Position numbers and translations under genes: made by a program
Shown here: positions 51,053-60,498 of the stretch, one piece after another
Numbering within the stretch: position 1 is the stretch's first letter
Layout: each line of letters starts with the position of its first letter
Assembly: GCA_963708025.1 (NCBI GenBank)
Contig: CAVPSB010000002.1
Span: 320,001-384,000, forward strand
DNA length: 64,000 bases
Source of the DNA: an uncultured Candidatus Rokubacteria bacterium
Lineage (GTDB): Bacteria; Methylomirabilota; Methylomirabilia; Rokubacteriales; DASRDR01
Reading direction: 5' to 3'
The notes under the pieces: model-generated
What the model saw: only the letters and a program-made list of their open reading frames with translations
Told to the model about the DNA's origin: nothing
Database searches by the model: none

Positions 51053-51433
51053 TCTATGCTGAGAATGCCGGCAGGCAGACTTCCCGTCATCGAGGAGTCT
51101 GATCCAGGGGGCCATCGATCGAGTGTGTCGGTACGGGGTCGAGCCAGCCCCCGAGAATCGCCCGATCCCCCGATCCGAGGATGCCGCTGGACGTTGCCCA
51201 GCCTCGAGCCCACCTGATCTGATCCGCTCGAGATCGCGGAATCAGGCCCCATGCGCGGCCGGCATCGAGTATACTGGAATCCGCAGATGAGGGCTCGGGG
51301 CCTCGTCTGCAGACGACCTTCCGAGTGTCCGTTGTCCGCCTGGGTCCTCGGTATCCGAAGAGTTCTCGCGGGGTTAGCCTTTCGTCGCGCTCGTCGTCCG
51401 GCGAATGGCCGGCAGGCTGGCGGGGGAGAGCAA

Positions 51434-51664
51434 ATGTTGAGAGCGAAGCGCAAGAAGGCCGTACTTCCCAAACCCGTGGATCCGGTAGAATGCGCGCCAG
51501 CTGATCGGGCTGGACTGATCGGCGCCTACAAGGCCGGTCTGATCGTGGCATGGAAGCGCGATGCCGAGCGTGGGTACCGCTTGACGTTCGCCGGTCGACC
51601 GGACGAGTACGTGGAGGTCACGAGGCTCACCCGGTATCTCGAGAGACTCAACGGCGCGGCGTGA
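51434..51664 (+). CDS. hypothetical protein
   Basis: GGAG SD, normal codon usage, 76 aa. Confidence 0.55.
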   Translation: MLRAKRKKAVLPKPVDPVECAPADRAGLIGAYKAGLIVAWKRDAERGYRLTFAGRPDEYVEVTRLTRYLERLNGAA

Positions 51665-51727
51665 CCGCGCCGAGGGATATCCCGAGCGCCCGCAGCGCCT
51701 GAGGCAGAACCGGCCCGGCCGAGCCCG

Positions 51728-52123
51728 CTACACCACCGCGATCGCCTCGATCTCGATCAGCCAGTCCGGGTGCGCGAGCGCCGGCACCTGGATCAGCGTG
51801 GACGCCGGCCCCTTCTTTCCGAAGAACTCCTCGCGAACAGAGGCGAGGTCGGGGCGGTACCGCACGTCGAGCACGTAGGTGTTGAGCTTGACGACGTTCG
51901 CCAGCGTGCCGCCCTGGGCCTCCACCAGCGCCTGGATGGCCTTGAAGGCCTCCCGGGCCTGGCCCTTGACGTCGCCACGGTGTGCCACGCCGCCGTCCTT
52001 GTCGTAGGCCACCTGCCCCGAGATGAACAGCACACTCTGGGCGCCGGAGACCTTGATCGCCTGCGTGTAGGTCGGGGGATCGAAGACGCCCGGCGCGTTG
52101 TAGCGCTCGATGCTCGCTGCCAT
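51728..52123 (-). CDS. RidA/YjgF family protein
   Basis: FISGQ, PAST, IEIEAIA; lacks the catalytic Arg of true RidA. Confidence 0.9.
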   Translation of the reverse strand: MAASIERYNAPGVFDPPTYTQAIKVSGAQSVLFISGQVAYDKDGGVAHRGDVKGQAREAFKAIQALVEAQGGTLANVVKLNTYVLDVRYRPDLASVREEFFGKKGPASTLIQVPALAHPDWLIEIEAIAVV

Positions 52124-52270
52124 GATGCTCCTCTCCGTCGGGGGTGGACGTCCGAACGTGGGCTCGACTCGATGCGCGCGACTTTAGGCCCCGACCCGAC
52201 GGCGTGTCAAGCGACCCCGCCGTTTGATAAGCTGAGGTGACTGATCCGGGACAAGGGAGGCGAGGAAGCC

Positions 52271-53386
52271 ATGTACTTCAAGCAGATCTTGAACGAGGAC
52301 TGTGGTTGCGCGTCCTACATCGTCGCCTCGCGCAGCTCCCACGAGTGTGCCGTGATCGATCCGGCGCTGGACATCCAAGCCTACCTGGACGTCATGAGAG
52401 ACCGCAGCATGACGCTCCGTTACGTCATCGACACGCACCTCCACGCGGACCACGTGTCCGGTAGCCGTCGCCTGGCGGGCGAGACGGGGGTGCCCGTCTC
52501 GCTGCACGAGGCGGCCGACGTGCTGTTCCCCTTCGAAAAGCTCCGCGATCGGCAGAAGCTCGAGCTCGGTCCGGTGGTGCTGGAAGTGTGGCACACGCCA
52601 GGCCACCGTCCCGAGTCGCTGTCTCTGCTCATCACCAACCCGCCGCGCAGCCCGCAGCCGTCGATGGTGCTGACCGGTGACTGCCTCTTCGTGGGCGACG
52701 TGGGGCGGCCGGACTTCGGCGGGCCGGAGGCCGCCGCCCAGCAATTCGACAGCAACCGGCGGTTGCTCGGGCTCGAGGACTACGTGGAGGTGTTCCCGGC
52801 CCACTTCGAGGGGTCGTGCGGGCGCGGCATGTGTGGCCGGCCGAGCTCGACCATCGGCTTCGAGCGCCGCTTCAACCCGATGCTGCTCCTCCCCACCAAG
52901 GAAGCGTTCGTGCGCGAGCTGACCTCGTCTCGTCCGCCGAAGCCCCTGAACATGGAGGCCATCATCGCCACGAACCGGGGCGCGGCGCCGATGAGCTGGG
53001 CGATGCTGCGCCACCCGCTGGCCCACGTGCCGGACGTGACGATCGATCAGGCCCGGCCCAAGATGGATCGCGGCGAATGGTGGCCGCTGGACGTGCGGGA
53101 GGACGAGGAGTGGCAGCGCTTGCACATCCCCGGGGCCCATCACATCCCGCAGTCACAGCTGGCCTCGCGGCTGTCGGAGATTCCCAGCAGTTGCGTGCCG
53201 CTGGTAATCTGCCACAGCGGCGTGCGCTCGCACCGCGCGGCTCAGTTCCTCAAGCAGACCGACTTCCCCCTGGTCTACAGCCTGGCCGGCGGCACCGCGG
53301 GCTGGCACCAGGCCGGCTTGCCGGTGGTCAGCGGGGATACATCGCAGACCAGCGTCCGGCTGACGGACATCGTCGGCCCGCACTGA
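52271..53386 (+). CDS. MBL-fold hydrolase (persulfide dioxygenase-like) fused to rhodanese
   Basis: THLHADH, TPGH, GDVGRPD; C-term CHSGVRS..GGTAGW. Confidence 0.9.
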   Translation: MYFKQILNEDCGCASYIVASRSSHECAVIDPALDIQAYLDVMRDRSMTLRYVIDTHLHADHVSGSRRLAGETGVPVSLHEAADVLFPFEKLRDRQKLELGPVVLEVWHTPGHRPESLSLLITNPPRSPQPSMVLTGDCLFVGDVGRPDFGGPEAAAQQFDSNRRLLGLEDYVEVFPAHFEGSCGRGMCGRPSSTIGFERRFNPMLLLPTKEAFVRELTSSRPPKPLNMEAIIATNRGAAPMSWAMLRHPLAHVPDVTIDQARPKMDRGEWWPLDVREDEEWQRLHIPGAHHIPQSQLASRLSEIPSSCVPLVICHSGVRSHRAAQFLKQTDFPLVYSLAGGTAGWHQAGLPVVSGDTSQTSVRLTDIVGPH

Positions 53387-53416
53387 GGCGTGGGCGTCTG
53401 TCCTCGAGGGGCCTCA

Positions 53417-53548
53417 GTTCGGGACCTCCCGCCCACCCGATCCTTCGACGGCCTTCGGCCTTTGGCCCCCCTCCCCCACCGTTCGACGGCCTTCGGCCTG
53501 TGGCTGGGGGCAGGGGGGAGCCGGAGAACCCCACTCCTTCACACGCTC
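53417..53548 (-). repeat. family A repeat flanked by TGA/TGA
   Basis: Close match to 41639-41773; follows fae stop. Confidence 0.8.
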
Positions 53549-54106
53549 TCAGATCTTGCCCTCCAGTCCCATCTGGAAGTACCGGTGCACGATCTTGTCC
53601 TGGTTCTCCAGGAGCCAGTCGATGGATGGCTCGTGGTGCATGGCCTTGTTGATCGCCTTGGCCATGCCCTTCCGGTGGATGTCGAACAGCACCCGATGGT
53701 CGAGGTTCGGGACGTCCACGATGCCGGGCGCGAGCCATACCGCGCAGATGATGCCGAGCTCGTTGACCTGGCTCTTCGGCAGGTCGCCCGCCCGCACCGC
53801 GTCCAGGACCCCGTGCGCGATCGCCGCCTGCACGGTGCCGAGGAGGATGTTCGTGTACTTGGTGGCCTTCTCGCCTCCCACGGTGACCTTGCTGACCATC
53901 AGGGTGGCCGGGCGCACCTGGACGTCGGTGTTGAGGAGCGCGAAGACGCGCGAGTGTCCCTTGACCTGATCGCCGAGCAGGGTGGCCATCGCGGCGCCGA
54001 TCGGGCCGTCGAGGGCGCCGATCGCGATCTCGGGCTCGGCCGCCGTCCCCGGCGGTCCGCCGGTCACCAGTGCCTCGCCGAATCGCAGGACGATGCGTTC
54101 CGTCAT
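53549..54106 (-). CDS. fae: formaldehyde-activating enzyme family protein (divergent)
   Basis: GEALV, GH..PATLMVSKVT, QAAIA.GV.D, EPSIDWLL. Confidence 0.85.
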   Translation of the reverse strand: MTERIVLRFGEALVTGGPPGTAAEPEIAIGALDGPIGAAMATLLGDQVKGHSRVFALLNTDVQVRPATLMVSKVTVGGEKATKYTNILLGTVQAAIAHGVLDAVRAGDLPKSQVNELGIICAVWLAPGIVDVPNLDHRVLFDIHRKGMAKAINKAMHHEPSIDWLLENQDKIVHRYFQMGLEGKI

Positions 54107-54131
54107 GTTCAGCCCTCCCTTCCCGGCGCGG

Positions 54132-54488
54132 TTACCTGGGTTTGAACTCCTTGAGTGGCCGCACCTCGATGCATCCCAGGCGCGCCGGTGGCATCTTCGA
54201 AGCCACCCGGATGGCGTCGTTCAAGTCCGGGGCCTCGATGAGGTAGAACCCGCCCAGCTGCTCCTTCGTCTCGGCGAAGGGACCGTCGGTGATCGAGACC
54301 TTGCCGTTCCGGACCCGTATGGTCGTGGCCGTCCGAACGGGTTCCAGGGGGGACGAGGTGATGTAGTGGCCGCTCTTCCGCAGCTCCTCGCGGTAGTCGA
54401 GAACCTCGTCCACGATGGTGTCGTACTCGCGCTCGGGCAGCGCGTCAACCTTCGTCTCCTCATGGTAGACCAGGCACAGGTATTTCAT
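54132..54488 (-). CDS. YciI family protein
   Basis: TDGPFAETKEQLGGFYLIEA..IEVRP. Confidence 0.92.
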   Translation of the reverse strand: MKYLCLVYHEETKVDALPEREYDTIVDEVLDYREELRKSGHYITSSPLEPVRTATTIRVRNGKVSITDGPFAETKEQLGGFYLIEAPDLNDAIRVASKMPPARLGCIEVRPLKEFKPR

Positions 54489-54667
54489 CGTTCCCTCCAA
54501 ATCATCGGTCTCGCCCCGAGGCACCATGCGTTGGCCCATGATACCCATCCCCCCCCGGGGGTCAATCCGTGACGAGAGCACACACAGACCCGCGTCATTG
54601 ACCCACCTCGTCCCGCGTGCCAGAATTCAATCGACCTCGTATCGTGGGCAGCGGATAGACCCCCGGC

Positions 54668-55645
54668 ATGAACCTGACTGACAGCGTGCAGCTGCTCGAG
54701 CGGTACAGCGTGGTCATCCTGCCGGTCCTGGTCGTCACCGAGCAGGTCGGGATCCCGCTGCCGGCGGTCCCGGCCCTTCTCGCGGTCGGCGCCCTCGCGG
54801 CGAAGGGACGCGTGAGCCTCCTGCTCGTGATCGGCGCGATCGCGGCGGTGGCCCTGCCCGTCGATCTCGTCTGGCACGAGCTGGGCCGACGGCGCGGGGC
54901 GCGCGTGCTCTCGAGTCTGTGCCGGCTGTCGCTCGAACCCGATCTGTGCGTGCGCCGGACCGGTAACCTCTTCCTCCGCCACGGCGTCCGGGCGCTGCTG
55001 GTGGCGAAGTTCCTTCCGGGTCTGACGACCGTCATGCCGCCCCTGGCGGGGATTTTCGGGGTCCCGCGCCTCCGGTTCGCCATCTACGACCTGGTCGGGG
55101 TCGTTCTGTGGGCGGGTCTCTGGGCGGGGCTCGGCTACGTCTTCAGCGACACCATCGAGGCAGTGGCCCTGCGTGTCAGTGCCCTGGGACGAACGGCGGG
55201 CCTGTTGGTGGCGGGGGCACTCGTCGGCTATGTCCTGCTCAAGTACCTGCGTCGAAGGCTCTTTCTCCGGCGTCTCCGGATCGCCCGGATCTCCCCGGAG
55301 GACCTCAAGCGGAAGCTCGACGCCGGGGAGGACGTCGAGATCCTCGACCTCCGCTCCGCGCTGGACGTGGCGGCCACCCCGTATGCCATTCCCGGCAGCC
55401 GCTGGATCACGGCCGAGGCGCTCGACGAGCACCTGTCGGACATCCCCCGGGACCGCGAGCTGGTTCTCTACTGCTCCTGACCCAACGAAGCCACGAGCGC
55501 CCGGGTGGCGCTTCAGCTCGAGCGCCGTGGGATCACCCGTGTCCGTCCCCTCGAAGGGGGGATGGCGGGGTGGATGGCATTGAGCTTCCCGGTCCACGAT
55601 CTGCCCGCGCCCGCGATTCCCGCTCTCGAGAGCTCGCGGCAGTGA
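54668..55645 (+). CDS. DedA/VTT-rhodanese fusion, probable selenoprotein (TGA 55478-55480 = Sec)
   Basis: DedA AKFLPG; YCS*PNEATSARVA..VRPLEGG..W continues in frame to TGA 55645. Confidence 0.8.
55495..55513 (+). promoter_or_regulatory. candidate bacterial SECIS hairpin
   Basis: AGCGCC-CGGGT-GGCGCT stem-loop, loop ~21 nt after the UGA. Confidence 0.55.
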
Positions 55646-55694
55646 GCCCTGGGATGACTACCGAGCTGGGACTGACTTGGGAGGAGATGACGCG

Positions 55695-56396
55695 ATGATC
55701 CAGGTTCGATCCGCCGAGGCGCGCGGCCGCACCGACTGGGGCTGGCTCGACAGCCGGCACACCTTTTCGTTCGGCGAGTACCATGACCCCGCGCACATGG
55801 GTTTCAGAACCTTGCGCGTGATCAACGATGATCGCGTGAAGGCCGGCGCGGGGTTCGGCACCCACGGCCACCGGGACATGGAGATCCTGTCCTACGTGCT
55901 CGATGGCGCGCTCGAGCACCAGGACAGCTCGGGGGGTGGCGGCGTGATCCGCCCCGGGGAGATCCAGCTGATGCGGGCGGGTACGGGCGTCACCCACAGC
56001 GAGGCCAACCACTCGAAGGTCAACCCCGTGCACTTCCTGCAGATCTGGATCGTGCCGGACGCGCGCGGTCTGAAGCCGGGCTATGGGCAGCAGGCCTTCG
56101 ATCAGGCGGTGGCTAGCCGGGCGTTCGTGCTCCTCGCCTCGAGGGGGGGGCGAGACGGCAGCCTCGACGTCCACCAGGACGTGGACCTCTGGGTCACCCT
56201 CATCGGCGCGGGGGAGAGCCGGGAGCTCCGGCTGCGCCCATCGCGTCGTCACGCGTGGGTTCACGTCGCCCGTGGATCGGTCTCGGTGAACGGGACCGAG
56301 CTGGGAGAGGGCGACGGCGGGGCGGTCAGCGGCGAGGACCGCCTGGCCTTCCTCGGGCAACAGCCGGCCGAAGTTCTGGTATTCGACCTGGCTTGA
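55695..56396 (+). CDS. pirin family protein (YhhW-like)
   Basis: HTFSF, LRVINDD, HGHRDMEI, HSEAN, LQIWI. Confidence 0.94.
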   Translation: MIQVRSAEARGRTDWGWLDSRHTFSFGEYHDPAHMGFRTLRVINDDRVKAGAGFGTHGHRDMEILSYVLDGALEHQDSSGGGGVIRPGEIQLMRAGTGVTHSEANHSKVNPVHFLQIWIVPDARGLKPGYGQQAFDQAVASRAFVLLASRGGRDGSLDVHQDVDLWVTLIGAGESRELRLRPSRRHAWVHVARGSVSVNGTELGEGDGGAVSGEDRLAFLGQQPAEVLVFDLA

Positions 56397-56412
56397 GCCG
56401 TCGGCATCGGCC

Positions 56413-56671
56413 ATGCCGACCAGTGTGAGACTCGATCCCAAGACGGAGCGCCGTGGTCCGCTCCCGGGCGCGCCGCACGGGGCGGACCAGATCGCAGGTC
56501 ATCCGTGACGCCATTCACCGCCTCGCCGCCGCGGAATCGGAGACGGGGCAAGGGCAAATGGCCTTCGAGATGTGGAAGGACGCTATTGGGTGTGCCGAGG
56601 GAGGGCCGCCGGATCTTTCGGAGCGCACCGGCGACCACTTCCGTTCACTCCTCCTGACCAAGCGCCGATGA
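56413..56671 (+). CDS. ribbon-helix-helix antitoxin-like protein (frameshift near 56450)
   Basis: MPTSVRLD..ARRTGRTRSQVIRDAI..IGCAEGGPPDLS. Confidence 0.6.
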
Positions 56672-56689
56672 GCACCGTGGAGCGGGCTT

Positions 56690-56890
56690 TCGGTGGGCCG
56701 GAGATCGAGGTCGTGGCGAAGGCGACGCGGCGGCGGTTCACGGTGGAGTACAAGCGGAAGATCGTCCGGGAGGCCGACGGGTGTAAGGCCCGGGGACGGT
56801 GGGGGCGCTGCTGCGCCGCGAGGGACTGTACTCGTCCCACTTGGCGACGTGGCGGGCAGTGCGCGAGTGCGGCGACCTGGTGGGGTGTCC
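56690..56890 (+). mobile_element. IS3-family OrfA fragment
   Basis: RRRFTVEYKRKIVREAD..GALLRREGLYSSHLATWR, frameshifted and truncated. Confidence 0.75.
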
Positions 56891-57332
56891 AGGTCAAGAA
56901 CCCCGTCGGCCGGACCTTCCCAACCCTGCGGTGGCCCCGCGTCCGCGGGCTGGCCGAGCGGTTCGAGAGCCAGCTGCTGCTTGACATCGGCGCGCTACTC
57001 ACGCGGCTGTACCGCCGGGTCGGCTGCTCCTGGCGCGGCGGGCCGGCTGCCCGAGGACGGCAGTGTTGAACGGCGACCGGGCAGGCTTCAGGGCGAGGCC
57101 GGACCGGCCGGAGGCTCCCACGGGGGTGGCGTTAATCGTTCTTGTGCGCTCTCCGACGACGCGCGTCATATCGCCGGCCAGGTCCTCGTCGTCGACGTCG
57201 GTACCAGGCTCACGGCGCCGGAGTGGGACTCCCGCTGAAAGTGATGATCGACACCCGGCTCGACCGACGGTAAGATCTCCGGGTCGCGTCGATCGGCTCC
57301 GAGGCGACCGGACCACGAGCTGAGCGCGCGCC

Positions 57333-59369
57333 ATGAGGATGCAAAGCAACACGCGGCTCGAGTTCATCATCGAGGCGGTGCCCGCCCTCATCGGGTACGT
57401 CGATACGGAGGAACGCTACCGCTTCAACAACCACGCCTACGAGCAGTGGTTCGGTCGTCCCGTCAGCGACGTCGTGGGCCGCCATGTCCGCGAGGTCCTC
57501 GGCGACGCGGTGTACGCGGTCATCGCCCCGCACGTTCGGTCGGCGCTCTCCGGCCGTCTCGTCACCTTCGAAAGCTCGTTGGCGTATCGCGACGGCAAGA
57601 CCCGCTACGTGCGGGCGACCTACGTTCCGGACGTCGGAGAGGACGGCCGTGTCAGCGGCTTCGTGGCGCACGTCACCGACATCACCGATCTCAAGCGGGT
57701 CGAGGAAGAGCGTGAGCAGCTCCGCCGGAACGCCGACGAGCTGGCCCGCGTCGCGCGGACGCTGACGGAGTCACTCGACATTACCGAGGTGGCGGAGCGG
57801 ATCGCCGAGAGCATCCTGCCGCTCCTCCGCGCGCAGTCCTCGGTGGTGCGGTTGCTGCAGCCCGACGGTTCCCTCGTTTGCGTGGCCATCGCCGGCAAGT
57901 GGCTGGAGAACTTCAAGCCCGGCTACCTCTTGCCCCCCGGCGTCGGCCTCGTCGGGCGCGCCGTCGCCGAGCGCCGGGCGCTATGGACTCCGGACGTCCT
58001 TAACGAGCCGAGCGTCGTGCTCCCGGACGACTTCCGGCGCGGCCTCGCGGGCGCAGGACACCACGCCGTCCTAGCCGTCCCGCTCCAGGTCAAGGGCGAG
58101 ATCATCGGAGCGATCTCGACGGCGCACAGCGAGATTCGGACGTTCTCCAAGGCCGAGATCGATCTCCTCCAGGCCTTCGGCGACCAGGCGGCCCTCGCGA
58201 TGCGCAACGTGCAGCTCTTCACGCGAGAGCAGGCTGCCCGCGCCGAAGCCGAGGCCGCCAACCGCGCGAAGGACGAGTTCCTGGCGCTCCTCGCGCACGA
58301 GCTGCGAAACCCGCTGGCGCCGATCGTGACCGCAGCGGCCTTGATCCGCAGGCCCGGCGCCACGGCCGCAGCCGTCGAGAAGTCGGCCTCCATCGTCGAG
58401 CGTCAGGCCAAGAACCTCGGGCGGCTGCTGGATGATCTCCTCGACGTCTCGCGCATCACTCGAGGCAGGATCGAGCTGCGGCAGGAAACCGTGTCGCTCG
58501 CCGATGCCGTCTGCAAGGCCCTGGAGACCATGCGGCCGCTCGTCGACGAGCGACGGCAGACCGTGTCGCTGATCCTGCCGCCGGCGCCCCTCTACGTCGA
58601 GGCCGACCCCATGCGGCTCGAGCAGATCGTCGTCAACGTCCTCAACAACGCCGCCAAATACACACCTCCCGAGGGCCGCATCAGTGTGACCGCATACGAG
58701 GACGGCGGCCATGCCGTGCTCCGGGTCCTCGACACGGGCATGGGGATCTCCGCAGAGATGTTGCCCCGCATCTTCGAGCCGTTCACGCAGGGCGACCAGT
58801 CCCTCGCGCACACCTCCGGCGGCCTGGGCGTCGGTCTGACGCTCGTGCGCCGGCTGGTCGAGCTCCACGGTGGCCGTGTGTGGGCCGAGAGTGAGGGACC
58901 GGGCCTTGGGAGCACGTTCACGATCCGCCTGCCGCTGAGCCTTACGCCCGTGCAGCCGGCCGCGGCCGCCGTCGCCAGCGCACCGGCTCGCTGGCCGGCC
59001 GCCGCTGTGCTGCTCATCGAGGACAACGCGGACGCACGGCAGACGCTGCGCACGCTCCTCGAGCACGAGGGCCATCGCGTCGAGGAGGCCGCCAACGGCG
59101 CGAGCGGTCTCGTGCGTGCCGAAGTCACCCGGCCCGACATCGTCCTCATCGACATCGGGCTGCCCGGGATCGACGGCTACGAGGTGGCCCGCCGCATCCG
59201 GTCAGAGCGCGGCACCGCGCCGATCCTCGTCGCGATCAGCGGGTACGGCCAGGCCGACGACCGGCGGCGCTCGCTCGAGGCCGGCTTCGACGCGCACCTG
59301 ACGAAGCCGGTGTCTGCCGATCATCTCTCCGACGTCCTCGCCACCCTCTTCCAATCACGCGCCTCGTAA
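57333..59369 (+). CDS. hybrid sensor kinase PAS-GAF-HisKA-HATPase-REC
   Basis: LAHELRNPL, NNAAKYT, DTGMG, GLGVGL, DIGLPGIDG. Confidence 0.95.
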   Translation: MRMQSNTRLEFIIEAVPALIGYVDTEERYRFNNHAYEQWFGRPVSDVVGRHVREVLGDAVYAVIAPHVRSALSGRLVTFESSLAYRDGKTRYVRATYVPDVGEDGRVSGFVAHVTDITDLKRVEEEREQLRRNADELARVARTLTESLDITEVAERIAESILPLLRAQSSVVRLLQPDGSLVCVAIAGKWLENFKPGYLLPPGVGLVGRAVAERRALWTPDVLNEPSVVLPDDFRRGLAGAGHHAVLAVPLQVKGEIIGAISTAHSEIRTFSKAEIDLLQAFGDQAALAMRNVQLFTREQAARAEAEAANRAKDEFLALLAHELRNPLAPIVTAAALIRRPGATAAAVEKSASIVERQAKNLGRLLDDLLDVSRITRGRIELRQETVSLADAVCKALETMRPLVDERRQTVSLILPPAPLYVEADPMRLEQIVVNVLNNAAKYTPPEGRISVTAYEDGGHAVLRVLDTGMGISAEMLPRIFEPFTQGDQSLAHTSGGLGVGLTLVRRLVELHGGRVWAESEGPGLGSTFTIRLPLSLTPVQPAAAAVASAPARWPAAAVLLIEDNADARQTLRTLLEHEGHRVEEAANGASGLVRAEVTRPDIVLIDIGLPGIDGYEVARRIRSERGTAPILVAISGYGQADDRRRSLEAGFDAHLTKPVSADHLSDVLATLFQSRAS

Positions 59370-59469
59370 CACTCGTGCCGCGCCCGAGTCGAGCCAGCTT
59401 GGCCGGCGCGCCGGTTTCGCCAGGCGTTTACCCTGAAGGGTGCACAATCCTCGGTTCAGGCCGCGGCCC

Positions 59470-59485
59470 TGGTAGTATTCTTGCG
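59470..59485 (+). promoter_or_regulatory. possible sigma-54 promoter
   Basis: TGGTAG-TATTC-TTGCG upstream of RDD gene. Confidence 0.4.
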
Positions 59486-59555
59486 GCAGGCCGCCGGGCA
59501 CGTCCCGCCGTTACACGTCGCCGGTCATCGCGTAGCCGCGTCGTCGAGGCGTACT

Positions 59556-60479
59556 ATGCCTGAGCCGCTAGGCCCTCCGCCGGCGTACGCCTCGCTCGGT
59601 GACCGCGCGCTGGGTCAGCTGGTGGATGGCCTGCCGCTTCTCGGGGTCTTCTTTCTGCTCGGCATGCTCCTGGCGGTCAGGTTCGGCGGCTTCACTGACC
59701 AGGGCTTCGCGCTGGAAGGTCTGCCGGCGCTCATCCTCCTCGGGGTGCTGACCGTCGTGGCCCTGGGCTACTTCATCGTGTCGGAGGCGCTGTTCGGCGT
59801 GACCCTCGGGAAGATCGTGGCCGAGACGGAGGTGAGGTCGCGCGACGGCCTGCGGATCGGGATGCGGGCCGCGGTGGTCCGCAACCTGATGCGGCTGGTC
59901 GACGGCATCGTCGGCTACCTGGTCGCCGCGTTCAGCGTCATCCTGACCAGCCGCCAGCTCCGGCTGGGTGATCTGGCCGCCGGCACGATCGTGACCCGGC
60001 GCCCTCGGGGCCGGGCGGCGCGCGCGGCGGCATTGCTGGTCGCGCTCGGGCTGGGGGCCGGCGGGATCGCCGGCGGCGTGGCCGTCAAGCGCGCGTCCGC
60101 GCCGGCGGGAGGTTCGGACACCGCGCGATCCGCCCGGCCCGTGACCGCCGTGTTGGCGAAGAGCGTGACGGCGGATCACCGGCCCATCGACCCGACCACG
60201 GTCTTCGCGCCCGACGCCGCCGCGATCGCCGTCGCGTTCGACGTGACGCACGCTTCGCCAGGATCGCGGCTGAAGGCGGTCTGGACCGCGATCGACGTGG
60301 GCGAGGCGACCCCGCCGAACACGGAGGTGGACGAGGCGCTGCTCGTCCTGCCGGGTCCTGCGCCCGGAACCTTCCGGCTGCGCCGCGGCCCCGCGCCGTG
60401 GCCGGTCGGGGAATACCGGGTGGACCTCTACCTGAACGACGAGCTGGTGCTCACCCTGCCGTACCGGGTATCCGGATGA
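59556..60479 (+). CDS. RDD family membrane protein with C-terminal beta domain
   Basis: R..VD, TLGK, RNLMRLVD, RLGDLAAGT. Confidence 0.85.
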   Translation: MPEPLGPPPAYASLGDRALGQLVDGLPLLGVFFLLGMLLAVRFGGFTDQGFALEGLPALILLGVLTVVALGYFIVSEALFGVTLGKIVAETEVRSRDGLRIGMRAAVVRNLMRLVDGIVGYLVAAFSVILTSRQLRLGDLAAGTIVTRRPRGRAARAAALLVALGLGAGGIAGGVAVKRASAPAGGSDTARSARPVTAVLAKSVTADHRPIDPTTVFAPDAAAIAVAFDVTHASPGSRLKAVWTAIDVGEATPPNTEVDEALLVLPGPAPGTFRLRRGPAPWPVGEYRVDLYLNDELVLTLPYRVSG

Positions 60480-60498
60480 CGATCCTTCTCGGAGGTCA

